A stretch of DNA of 24,000 nt from Williamsia sp. 1138 (GCF_002095435.2 NZ_MJEJ02000031.1:14260-38259), one strand, 5' to 3'. Shown: positions 9,100 to 17,631, numbered from the stretch's first letter. A program made the numbers and translations. Notes: generated from the sequence alone by a model not told the origin.

Positions 9100-10221
9100 T
9101 CAGAACTCGCCGAGATGGCTGGTGTCGTTGACGAGGCGGACCGACGCACCACCGTCGGGGTAGAACTCGGCAACACTCAACGACGCCAGGTCCAGGTGCA
9201 TGCGATACAAGAACGACGAACCGACACCCAGTGCATCACGCAGCGTCACCTTGATCGGCGTGACGTGAGAGACGACGAGCACCTCACCCCCGGCGTAACG
9301 ATCGATCAGTTCAGATCGCACGTCCAACACGCGCTGCGTGACGGCGTCGAAGCTCTCGCCACCCGGCGGCGCCACAGAGGTGTCACCCATCCACGTGGTG
9401 TGCAGCTCACGATCGCGCTCTGCCGCCTCACCGAACGTTAGACCCTCCCAGGAGCCGAAGTCAGTCTCGGTGAGTCCCTCGTGGATCTGCACCGGCAGGC
9501 CCAGCTCGGCAGCGGCGGCCTCAGCCGTCGCACGTGCGCGGGACAACGGCGAGGACACGACCGCGGCGATACCGGGACCACCGGCGTCGCGCTGCGCGCG
9601 GGCGGCGAGCCGCTTCGCTGCGCGAGCGACCTGCTCACGACCCAGCTCCGTCAACTCCGGATTGCCACGGCCGGAATAGCGTCGTTCCACCGACAGTGGC
9701 GTCTGACCGTGCCGCAGCAGCAGCAGTCGCGTGGGTTCGCCGCGCGCCCCGGTCCACCCCGGAGAGGGCTTGACCTTCTCGTCCGGTTGCGGAGCTTCGG
9801 CTGCCGGACTCACCAACCCTGCCGCCGCATCCATGGCCTCGTTCGCCAGCCGGTCGGCATGCGAGTTCTGAGCTCTGGGGATCCAGTGGAAATCGACGCT
9901 CGCGAACCTGCCGACCAACTGCCTGGCCTCCGCCGCGAGCGGAATCATGTCCGGATGCTTGATCTTCCATCGTCCGGACATCTGTTCGACCACGAGTTTG
10001 GAGTCCATGCGGACCTGCACCTCGTCGGCCCCGACCTCGGCGGCGGCGGCCAGGCCTGCGATCAGTCCGCGGTACTCGGCAACGTTGTTCGTCGCGATGC
10101 CCAGCGCTTCCTTGCGCTCGGCCAGAACCGCCGAACGATCTCCAGAGAAGACCACAGCGCCGTATCCGGCCGGGCCGGGGTTGCCCCGCGAGCCGCCATC
10201 GGCCTCGACCACGGCTCTCAT
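9100..10221 (-). CDS. rnhC: bifunctional RNase HI / histidine-phosphatase (CobC-like acid phosphatase) fusion protein
   Basis: The N-terminal RNase H fold has the DEDD residues in context (VEADGGSRGNPGPAGYG, NNVAEYRGL, MDSKLVV, HADRLANEA). The C-terminal half carries the RHG histidine-phosphatase signature (LLLLRHGQT). ATG at 10221 overlaps the upstream gene's stop as ATGA. This is the same architecture as M. tuberculosis Rv2228c / M. smegmatis RnhC. Confidence 0.9.
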   Translation of the reverse strand: MRAVVEADGGSRGNPGPAGYGAVVFSGDRSAVLAERKEALGIATNNVAEYRGLIAGLAAAAEVGADEVQVRMDSKLVVEQMSGRWKIKHPDMIPLAAEARQLVGRFASVDFHWIPRAQNSHADRLANEAMDAAAGLVSPAAEAPQPDEKVKPSPGWTGARGEPTRLLLLRHGQTPLSVERRYSGRGNPELTELGREQVARAAKRLAARAQRDAGGPGIAAVVSSPLSRARATAEAAAAELGLPVQIHEGLTETDFGSWEGLTFGEAAERDRELHTTWMGDTSVAPPGGESFDAVTQRVLDVRSELIDRYAGGEVLVVSHVTPIKVTLRDALGVGSSFLYRMHLDLASLSVAEFYPDGGASVRLVNDTSHLGEF

Positions 10222-10964
10222 TTCGACGTCAGACCGGATTCGTGGGTCCGGACCAGGATGGCGCCGCACTCGTCGCACCGGACGACCTCGTCGCTCGCTG
10301 TCGCGGTGATACGACCGATCAGGCCGCGGTCCAGTTCCATCCGGCACGCGCCGCAGCGCCCGGCACGCAGTAATCCGGCCCCTACTTGACCATGACTCAC
10401 CTGGCGTTCGTAGATGGCCAGGAGGGCAGGGTCGACATTCGCGATCAGAGCGGCGCGCTTGGCCGTCGCCTCGGCCTCGTCCTGAGCAATCTTCTCGAGG
10501 GCGACGTCGCGTCGCGCGGTGGCATCCTCGATCTGCCGCTCCGAATGGTTGGTCATCGCCGAGGCACGTTGCTCGTCGGCCGACACCGCCTCCTGCTGCT
10601 CCATCACCTCGAGCATCTCGTCTTCGAGCATCGAGCGCCGCCTGATCAGACCGGCGACCTCATGTTCCAACTCGCTCAACGCTTTCGCCGGAAGGTTGCC
10701 CGCTGCGAGCTGCTGGTTGTCTTTCTGCTCACGCAACGACATCGACGTGATCTCGTTGTCGAGCCGACGCGACTCGCGAAGCAGATCCTCGGCCGCGATC
10801 TGCGCACGCACCGCTTCGTCGCGCTGCGTCTGCAACTGCTCGCCGAGCGCCGCCAACTCGGCGTTCTCGGGCAGCATCGCCCGCCGGTGATCGATACGCA
10901 AGAGTTCGGAATCGATGTCGGCGATGTCCAACATCAATCGTTGGGCGGCCGGGTCTGCTTTCAC
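10218..10964 (-). CDS. zinc-ribbon domain protein with N-terminal coiled coil (DUF164 / C4-type zinc ribbon; Rv2229c-like)
   Basis: A long Glu/Arg/Leu-rich coiled coil is followed by CGACRMEL...VRCDECGAILVR (CxxC-N-CxxC). GTG at 10964 gives 248 aa. The upstream part of the 331-aa track ORF (RGRRPRTVAQCHPGDRCGTWRGSG) looks non-coding. Confidence 0.8.
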   Translation of the reverse strand: MKADPAAQRLMLDIADIDSELLRIDHRRAMLPENAELAALGEQLQTQRDEAVRAQIAAEDLLRESRRLDNEITSMSLREQKDNQQLAAGNLPAKALSELEHEVAGLIRRRSMLEDEMLEVMEQQEAVSADEQRASAMTNHSERQIEDATARRDVALEKIAQDEAEATAKRAALIANVDPALLAIYERQVSHGQVGAGLLRAGRCGACRMELDRGLIGRITATASDEVVRCDECGAILVRTHESGLTSK

Positions 10965-11101
10965 CAGTGTCTCTTCATTCCTCTGCTGTCCGGCCCCGTG
11001 GCCGGATCCTCGCCAAGTCCCGCATCTATCGCCAGGATGACATTGTGCAACGGTACGCGGTCTGCGCCCCCGCCCGATCACCGCGGCGCTCGCGGCGCAC
11101 G

Positions 11102-12229
11102 TCAGGACCCTCGCTGGGCATGGATCGTCCACGGGTCTGTCGGCTCGCCGAACACGTCGGTCGACAGTCCGGGCAGGGTCGCCTCCAACAACCGGCTCAC
11201 CTGCGCGCACCACGGGAACTCCGTGGCCCAGTGACCGGCGTCGATCAGTGCGGGCGGACCGGCGCGCAGGTGCTCGTCCACGGGGTGATGTCGAAGATCA
11301 CCGGTGACATAGACATCGACCCCGCTGCCGCGCGCGGTGTCGAGCAGCGAATCGCCCGCCCCACCGCACACCGCCACCGTCCGGACCATCTGCTGCGGAT
11401 CGCCCGCGGCACGGACCCCGACCGGCGCCGCCGGCAGCGAACGGGACACGAGATGGGTGAACTCGGTGAGCGTCATCGCCTCGGTGAGTTCCCCGACCCT
11501 GCCCAAACCCTCATCGCTGTTCGCCGCCGCCATCTCCACGAGGTCGAAGGCGGGCTCCTCATAGGGATGCGCAGCGCGCAGCGCGGCGAGGACGTCGTTG
11601 CGAACCGCACGATGAGCCACCATCTCGATGCGGTCCTCGACGACCCGGGTCACTTCCCCGATCGATCCCACGGCCGGATCGGCACTCGTCCCCGGCAGGA
11701 ACTGACCGGTGCCTGCCGTACTCCAACAGCAGTGGCTGTAGTCCCCGATTCGACCGGCCCCGGCCTCGAACATCGCCTCGCGAACGGTGTGGGCGTCGGC
11801 GGTCGGCACGAACACCGCCCACTTGTCCATCGCAACAGCGGGTTTGGGGTCGAGCGGACGTAATGCGGTGAGTCCGAGCAGGTCGGCCAACGCGTCGGAT
11901 ACTCCCGGATTCGCCGAGTCCGCGTTGGTGTGCGCGGTGTACAGCGCACATCCGCCGCGGATCAGGCGGTGCACGAGACGTCCCTTCGAGGTGTGGACAC
12001 CCACCGTGTCCACACCTCGCAGCAATAGGGGGTGATGCGCCACGATGAGGGTGACGCCGGCGGCGATCGCCCGATCGACCACCTCCTCGGTCACGTCGAC
12101 GCAGCAGAGCACCGAGTCGACCGATTCGGCCGGATCGCCGCACACCAGGCCGATCGAATCCCAACTCTCGGCGAGCCGAGGCGGGTAGGCGCGCTCGAGA
12201 ACGTCGATCACCTCGGCGAGTGTGGTCAT
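11102..12229 (-). CDS. Nif3-like dinuclear metal center protein (GTP cyclohydrolase 1 type 2 homologue family)
   Basis: 375 aa. Recognised from the N-terminus MTTLAEVIDVLERAYPPRLAESWDSIGL, then IVAHHPLLLRG, then C-terminal TGDLRHH and DAGHWATE. ATG at 12229 shares one nt with the cobC stop. Confidence 0.9.
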   Translation of the reverse strand: MTTLAEVIDVLERAYPPRLAESWDSIGLVCGDPAESVDSVLCCVDVTEEVVDRAIAAGVTLIVAHHPLLLRGVDTVGVHTSKGRLVHRLIRGGCALYTAHTNADSANPGVSDALADLLGLTALRPLDPKPAVAMDKWAVFVPTADAHTVREAMFEAGAGRIGDYSHCCWSTAGTGQFLPGTSADPAVGSIGEVTRVVEDRIEMVAHRAVRNDVLAALRAAHPYEEPAFDLVEMAAANSDEGLGRVGELTEAMTLTEFTHLVSRSLPAAPVGVRAAGDPQQMVRTVAVCGGAGDSLLDTARGSGVDVYVTGDLRHHPVDEHLRAGPPALIDAGHWATEFPWCAQVSRLLEATLPGLSTDVFGEPTDPWTIHAQRGS

Positions 12230-13266
12230 CAGATCACCTTCCTCAAAGCTGCGATCAATCCGGCGACGGTGTCCTCGTCTCGGACGGCAAACCGTAGGTG
12301 GTCGGCATCCAATCCGACGAAGTTGGCGCAGCTGCGCACCGCATAGCCGTGTTCACGCAGCCCGTTCTTGACGGCGGTGCCGTCGGCAACTGCGACCAAC
12401 ACAAACGAACCCTGCGGTGACCCGATCACCTCGAGACCGGCTGATCGCAACGCCTCGATCATCGAAGCTCGTTGCGTGGCAACCGATACCGCCTGTTCGT
12501 GGGCGTAGCGTGCCGCCTGTGGGCCCGCACACAGCTCCAGCGCCGCCAGCTGCAGGGTTCCCAGCGGCCAGTGCGGACGACGGGCCGACAGCCGTCGCAG
12601 CAGAGCCGGATCCCCGAGTAGGTACCCGGCACGTAGGCCGGCCAGCGCAAAGGTCTTGGTGATGCTGCGCAACACCAGCACTCCGCTGTGGCGAACGCCG
12701 GCGAAACTCTCCGGTTCTCCCGGCACGACGTCCGCGAAGGCCTCGTCGACCACCACGACCCGGCCCGGCCGCAGAAGGGACTCGATGGCCGCGCGCGGGT
12801 GCAGCACCGACGTCGGATTCGTCGGATTCCCGAGCACCACCAGGTCTGCGGTGTCCGGCACCAGACGCGGATCGAGTTCCCACGGCTCTGGGAGAACGAC
12901 GTGATCCATCTCGATCCCGGCCGCCCGCAACGCGCGTTCGGGCTCGGTGAACGACGGCTGGATGAGGGCGGCCCGCCGGGGCGCGAGCTGCGGCAGCAGC
13001 GCGAAACCCTCCGCTGCCCCGGACAGCAGCAACACCTCGGCAGGGTCGCGCCCGTGACGGTCTGCGATGGCCGCGACCGCTCTGTATTCGTCGTCGGCGG
13101 AGGGATATCCGGCCAGGTCATCGAGGCGGCTCGCGAGCACCTCCCGCACAAACCGGGGCGTCGAACCACGCACGTTCACCGCGAAGTCGACCAACCCGGG
13201 CTCGGCGTCGACGTCGCCGTGCCGCCCGAGGTCTGCCAGTGACGACCGCGTCCATTCCGATCCCAC
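12229..13266 (-). CDS. cobC: PLP-dependent aminotransferase-fold protein, CobC-type (threonine-phosphate decarboxylase family)
   Basis: Class I/II aminotransferase fold with the PLP-lysine context SITKTFALAGLRAGY and GNPTNPT. The start is uncertain. GTG at 13266 has AGGAA 9 nt upstream and is preferred. GTG at 13287 is possible. The track start at 13419 would overlap the divergent HAD gene. Confidence 0.78.
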   Translation of the reverse strand: MGSEWTRSSLADLGRHGDVDAEPGLVDFAVNVRGSTPRFVREVLASRLDDLAGYPSADDEYRAVAAIADRHGRDPAEVLLLSGAAEGFALLPQLAPRRAALIQPSFTEPERALRAAGIEMDHVVLPEPWELDPRLVPDTADLVVLGNPTNPTSVLHPRAAIESLLRPGRVVVVDEAFADVVPGEPESFAGVRHSGVLVLRSITKTFALAGLRAGYLLGDPALLRRLSARRPHWPLGTLQLAALELCAGPQAARYAHEQAVSVATQRASMIEALRSAGLEVIGSPQGSFVLVAVADGTAVKNGLREHGYAVRSCANFVGLDADHLRFAVRDEDTVAGLIAALRKVI

Positions 13267-13309
13267 GGTTCGGATTCCTGATTTCACAGTTGTCGAGCCT
13301 ACGGGCAGG

Positions 13310-14005
13310 ATGGACCAGGTGAGCTCGCCCAACGTTTCTCCCCTACCCGATCCCGCCGACCCTGCCACCGTCCTGTTGTTCGATCTGGATGGCACCATCA
13401 CCGATTCGTTCGCAGGCATCGAAAACAGCTTCCGTCACGCGCTGGCCTCGGTCGGGGCACCCGAGCCCGACCCTGCCCTGGTTGCGGGGATCGCAGGCCC
13501 GCCGATGGTCGACAGCTTGCGTGGCATGCAGCTCTCCGACGCAGACGTGGAAGCGGCGATGCTCGCCTACCGCGAACGGTATGTGGCGACCGGATGGCTC
13601 GAGAACTCGGTGTTCGACGGGATGGCGGCGCTGTTGGCCGAGTTGTCCGACTCCGGCCGGCCGATGGCCGTGGCCACGTCCAAGAACCAGACGACAGCCC
13701 GCCGCATCCTCGAGCATTTCGGGCTCGACGGCCACTTCCAGTACATCGCGGGCGCCTCCGACGACGGAAGCCGACGGACGAAATCCGACGTCATCGAACA
13801 CGCACTGAAATCACTGGGTATCACCGACGTCGCCGAGCGACCGGTCGTCATGATCGGTGACCGCCACCACGACGTGCACGGGTCTGCCGAGTTCGGCATC
13901 CCGGCGGTCTTCGTCACCTGGGGTTACGCACTGGACGAGGAGGATTCCGACGCGGCCTGGACCGTCGAGTCGGTGTCGGCGCTGCGGGAACTCATCCATG
14001 CCTGA
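13310..14005 (+). CDS. HAD-superfamily hydrolase-fold protein, PtkA-like (partner of PtpA)
   Basis: HAD motifs are present: I = LLFDLDGTITDS, II = VATSK, III = GDRHHD. ATG at 13310; GTG at 13319 is an alternative. The 3' end overlaps the ptpA start by 8 nt. Position and fold match M. tuberculosis ptkA (Rv2232). Confidence 0.82.
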   Translation: MDQVSSPNVSPLPDPADPATVLLFDLDGTITDSFAGIENSFRHALASVGAPEPDPALVAGIAGPPMVDSLRGMQLSDADVEAAMLAYRERYVATGWLENSVFDGMAALLAELSDSGRPMAVATSKNQTTARRILEHFGLDGHFQYIAGASDDGSRRTKSDVIEHALKSLGITDVAERPVVMIGDRHHDVHGSAEFGIPAVFVTWGYALDEEDSDAAWTVESVSALRELIHA

Positions 14006-14462
14006 TCGGCTGCACGTCACCTTCGTCTGCACCGGCAACATCTGCCGATCGCCGATGGGCCAGAACATCTTCCGGCACGCGCTCGAGGACGCGGGCCTCA
14101 CAGACCAGGTCCGCGTGAGCAGCTGCGGGATCGGTGACTGGCATGTCGGCGAGGCCGCCGACGTCCGTGCCCGTACCGAACTAACCTCCGCGGGGTACGA
14201 CGACGAACACGTCGCGGCCCAGCTCGGCAGCGAGCACCTGTCGGCGGATCTGTTGCTCGCCATGGATACCGGGCACCTCGCCGCGCTGCGGGACGCCGGT
14301 GTCGCCGACCGTTCGGCACTCCTGCGCAGCTTCGATCCCGACGCCGACAGCGATGACGTGGCCGACCCCTATTACGGGGCGGACTCCGACTTCACCGACG
14401 TCCGGATGCAGATCGAGGCGGCGATGCCCGGCCTGATCGAGTGGGTTCGCACCCGCCTGTAG
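13998..14462 (+). CDS. ptpA: low-molecular-weight protein-tyrosine phosphatase
   Basis: P-loop VCTGNICRSP (C-X5-R-S) lies at the N-terminus, and the DPYY general-acid loop is near the C-terminus. 154 aa from ATG 13998. Confidence 0.92.
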   Translation: MPDRLHVTFVCTGNICRSPMGQNIFRHALEDAGLTDQVRVSSCGIGDWHVGEAADVRARTELTSAGYDDEHVAAQLGSEHLSADLLLAMDTGHLAALRDAGVADRSALLRSFDPDADSDDVADPYYGADSDFTDVRMQIEAAMPGLIEWVRTRL

Positions 14463-14548
14463 ACCCACGCCGACAAACCCACCCGTCCGCGCCACAACCA
14501 GCTGCTGCAGCACCTGGCCGTGCCCGGAACGAGTGGGTTCGTGGTCGG

Positions 14549-15592
14549 TCAGAGAATCGCCGGTGAGATGAGTCCGTGAATGAACCGCATCTTGTCGAGC
14601 ACCTTCGCGGGCAGAACGAACGGGTAGAGGTCCTGGTGACCCATCGAGCGGTTGATCTGGTTCAACGCCCAGGTCAGGGGTAGCCACAGATCGATGATCT
14701 GGTCGAAGCCCACGTCGCCGAGCAGCACGCTGTCGAGCGTCGCCCCGCTGGGCGCCATGGCGAAGGCCGCGGCGGTGTCGAGGGTGTCGCGGATGTGCAG
14801 GTAGTGCGCGAACGTCTCGGCCCAGTCTTCCGCCGGATGCATCGTGGCGTACGAAGAGACGTAATCGCTCTTCCAGTTGTCGGGCGGTCCCTCACTGTAA
14901 TGACGATCGAGTGCGGCCTGATAGTCGTCGTCGGGGTTCCCGAAGAGTTCTTCGAAACGCGGCCGGTGTTCGCCGGTCCCGACCAGCACCATCTGGTAGT
15001 AGTGCCCGATCTCATGGCGGAAGTGCCCGATCAGGGTGCGATATGGCTCATCCATCGACACCCGCAGTTGTTCCCGGTGGACGTCGTCGCCTTCCGCGAG
15101 GTCGAGGGTGACGACCCCGTCGGCGTGGCCGGTGATCACCGGGTTGTTCGCACTCGAGAGCAGGTCGAACGCCAGGCCGGTCTGCGGGTCGACGTCGCGT
15201 CCCCGGATCGGCAGGCCCAGCTCGTCGAGTTCGAGGATCACCCTGCGCTTGTTGGTCTCGGCGTCTCCGAACACGGCGATCGCATCGACATCGGTGTCGG
15301 CCGGACGGGTCCGGGTCAATCGGCACGACTCGCACAGCGCAGACGGATCCGGTTCTCCGGCAGGGGTACTCGCGCCTGGTTCAACCGGAGGGATCAGCCA
15401 GTTGCAGGCGATGAGGTCGAAGTTGGCGCAGCGCACCAGGGTTTCGCCGTCTACTTCGGTGGTGGCGTTCTCGTCGAGCACGTACATGGTCCGGGCGGGA
15501 AGGTGGAACCCGAGAGGACTCTTGCAGTTGAGGCACAGGGTGTTTTCAAAGGACAACTTCTGGCCACATTTGCGGCAGACCAGATCGCGCAT
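14549..15592 (-). CDS. zinc-ribbon plus putative zinc-binding metallopeptidase domain protein
   Basis: ATG at 15592 is preceded by GGAGAG. The N-terminus CRKCGQKLSFENTLCLNCKSPLGF is a zinc ribbon. The central HEIGHYY is an HExxH motif, and HPAEDWAETFAHY lies downstream. The upstream 45 codons of the track ORF have no support. Confidence 0.8.
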   Translation of the reverse strand: MRDLVCRKCGQKLSFENTLCLNCKSPLGFHLPARTMYVLDENATTEVDGETLVRCANFDLIACNWLIPPVEPGASTPAGEPDPSALCESCRLTRTRPADTDVDAIAVFGDAETNKRRVILELDELGLPIRGRDVDPQTGLAFDLLSSANNPVITGHADGVVTLDLAEGDDVHREQLRVSMDEPYRTLIGHFRHEIGHYYQMVLVGTGEHRPRFEELFGNPDDDYQAALDRHYSEGPPDNWKSDYVSSYATMHPAEDWAETFAHYLHIRDTLDTAAAFAMAPSGATLDSVLLGDVGFDQIIDLWLPLTWALNQINRSMGHQDLYPFVLPAKVLDKMRFIHGLISPAIL

Positions 15593-15760
15593 CAGGACTC
15601 TCCGATCAGATGATGATGGGCGGCGCAGCGAAGGCCCGCCGCCTGGGGACCGCAGTGTCTCAACCGCCCCGCTACGGTCAACAATAACCATGCCCTCCCG
15701 CGCATCCGACGTCGCTGCGACGGCCACCCCAGAACTTCATCTCGGAGCGCTCGGTACCGT

Positions 15761-16687
15761 GTGGGTGTGCGAATCCTGCGGAACTTCCTACGTCCGGGCT
15801 GGATTGCGCTCGCTCTGGTGGTTCTGGGCTTCGCCGCCGCCTGCTTCTGGGTGCTGGCACCTTGGCAACTCGGCAAGAACTCGCAGAACGAGCATCAGAA
15901 CGATCTGATCAAGCGGGCCGAATCGGCGGAACCGGTGCCGGTGGACGAGCTGTACCGAGATGGCCGGCCGATCACCGACGCCGAGTGGAGCCGGGTCGAG
16001 CTCACCGGCACCTACTTGCCGGACAAGGAAGTCGTCGTCCGGCTGCGTTCGGTGGACGGCTCCCCCGCCTACGAGGTGCTCACGCCATTTGCCGAGACCT
16101 CCGGCAGCACATACCTGGTCAATCGGGGGTATGTGAACCCGGAACAGGGCACAGCGCTGCCACCCATCACGCCGGCGCCGACCGGACAGGTGACAGTCCA
16201 GGCCCGGATCCGGGCGTCGGAGAGCACCATGCCCGGTCGAGAACCCCGTACCGAAGCAGGTGCCATACAGGTCTACTCGATCGATCCCGTATTGATCAGC
16301 CGCACAGTGGACGTACCGTTGACCGCCGGTTATCTGCAGTTGACCGAAGGGCAGCCGGGCGCGCTCGGAGTGATCTCGCTGCCGCAACTCGAGACCGGGC
16401 CCTATCTTTCCTACGGATTACAGTGGCTGGCCTTCGGGTTGATGGCCCCCCTCGGACTGGGCTACTTCGCGTGGTCGGAGATCAAGCAACGTCGCGCGAA
16501 CGCAAGCGGCACCGACGTGCCGCCGCGCAAGCCGCGTGAACGGGGCAAGCAGACGAGGGAGGCGCTCGCGGCCTCGTCGACGCACCGCGAGAGCGCGTCT
16601 GCGCGGGGTGTCATCGGTTCAGGACCGACGGGCGACAGCGGTTCGAACCAGAAGCTGACCGATCGCTACGGCCGCGAGCGCACCTAG
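15761..16687 (+). CDS. SURF1-family protein (cytochrome oxidase assembly; Rv2235-like)
   Basis: N-terminal LRPGWIALALVVLGFAAACFWVLAPWQLGK is the SURF1 TM1 plus WQL motif. The second TM segment is YLSYGLQWLAFGLMAPLGLGYF. A long basic tail ends in QKLTDRYGRERT. GTG start at 15761 (or 15767). Confidence 0.8.
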   Translation: MGVRILRNFLRPGWIALALVVLGFAAACFWVLAPWQLGKNSQNEHQNDLIKRAESAEPVPVDELYRDGRPITDAEWSRVELTGTYLPDKEVVVRLRSVDGSPAYEVLTPFAETSGSTYLVNRGYVNPEQGTALPPITPAPTGQVTVQARIRASESTMPGREPRTEAGAIQVYSIDPVLISRTVDVPLTAGYLQLTEGQPGALGVISLPQLETGPYLSYGLQWLAFGLMAPLGLGYFAWSEIKQRRANASGTDVPPRKPRERGKQTREALAASSTHRESASARGVIGSGPTGDSGSNQKLTDRYGRERT

Positions 16688-17548
16688 CTGCACCTGGCGT
16701 GACAGCGTCGTCGCACGCTGCACATCGCGAACGGTCGGCGCCGCTCCCCGGCCCAGGACGGGTCGCGAATCCGTGCCGTGCCGGTAGACGGTGATCCCTC
16801 CCAGACTCACCCCCAGGACGCCGGCGAACGACGCCTCCACCACGCCGGCGTTGGGACTCGGATGGGCCGCGGCATCGCGTCGGACGGCTGTCGTCCCGGA
16901 CCGGCGGTCGGGCCCGATGGCGAGCACCAGGACCATGGTCAACCGGGCCGGCAGGTAGTTGGCAACGTCATCGAGTCGGGCACTGGCCCACCCGAATCGG
17001 AGGTACCGGTCACTTCGGTAGCCGACCATCGCGTCGAGGGTGTTGGCCATCCGGTAGCCCAGCAGTCCGGGCACGCCGGCGACGGCACCCCAGAACAAGG
17101 GTGCAACAGCGGCGTCGGAGGTGTTTTCTGCGACGGACTCGATGGTCGCCCGCGCCATTCCTGCGCTGTCCAGGCTCGCCGGGTCGCGCCCGCACAGGCT
17201 CGGGATCAGTGCACGGGCAGATTCGACGTCGTCCGCCGCGAGCGCCTCACCGAGGCGCTCGCCGACCGCAGCGAGCGAGGTTCCGCCGAGCGCGATCCAT
17301 GTCGCCACCGCCACGGACACGGCTCCGCCGCGTCGGCACAGATATCCGGTGCCGATCGCCCCGCCTACGCAGATCGTGGTGAAAGCCGCACCGGCCCAGC
17401 GCGAATCGCGGTAAAGCAGCTTCTCGAGGGAGCCGGCGACGTTTCCCATGCCGGCCACCGGATGCAGGCGCACGGGATCACCGAACACGCGGTCCAGCAG
17501 GTAGCCCGCGCTCAGGCCCGCGGCCCGCGTCCACACATCTGATGCCAT
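16619..17548 (-). CDS. cobD: adenosylcobinamide-phosphate synthase CbiB/CobD
   Basis: ATG at 17548 (MASDVWTRAAGLSAGYLLDRVFGDPVRLHPVAGMG...) matches the CbiB N-terminal GDP..HPV motif. It is a polytopic membrane protein of 309 aa. The track start at 17716 adds 56 unsupported codons. Confidence 0.88.
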   Translation of the reverse strand: MASDVWTRAAGLSAGYLLDRVFGDPVRLHPVAGMGNVAGSLEKLLYRDSRWAGAAFTTICVGGAIGTGYLCRRGGAVSVAVATWIALGGTSLAAVGERLGEALAADDVESARALIPSLCGRDPASLDSAGMARATIESVAENTSDAAVAPLFWGAVAGVPGLLGYRMANTLDAMVGYRSDRYLRFGWASARLDDVANYLPARLTMVLVLAIGPDRRSGTTAVRRDAAAHPSPNAGVVEASFAGVLGVSLGGITVYRHGTDSRPVLGRGAAPTVRDVQRATTLSRQVQLGALAAVAIGQLLVRTAVARRS

Positions 17549-17617
17549 GTAGGTCAATATCTCAGACGGCGAACACCTGCGACGACCGCCACGGGTGCCA
17601 GCGGCACCGACAGCTGG

Positions 17618-17631
17618 TGAGGGTACCCTCA
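17618..17631. promoter_or_regulatory. perfect 14-bp palindrome TGAGGGTACCCTCA (candidate operator) in the cobD / reductase divergent region
   Basis: The sequence is exactly self-complementary. It lies 70 nt from the cobD ATG and 86 nt from the ATG at 17717. It is embedded in an alternative 9-bp stem CTGGTGAGG (17614-17622) / CCTCGCCAG (17633-17641). Confidence 0.3.

Noticed and set aside
14463-14548. Possible terminator between convergent ptpA and the metallopeptidase gene.
   Set aside because: Only a distant, bulged complementarity was found (CGACAAACCCAC at 14471-14482 versus GTGGGTTCGTGGTCG at 14533-14547), with a loop of about 50 nt. There is no compact hairpin or T-tract, so support is insufficient.
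16640-16649. GGTTCGAACC, a tRNA T-loop-like decamer.
   Set aside because: The flanking bases cannot form a T-stem, acceptor stem or anticodon arm. The site lies inside the SURF1/cobD coding overlap.
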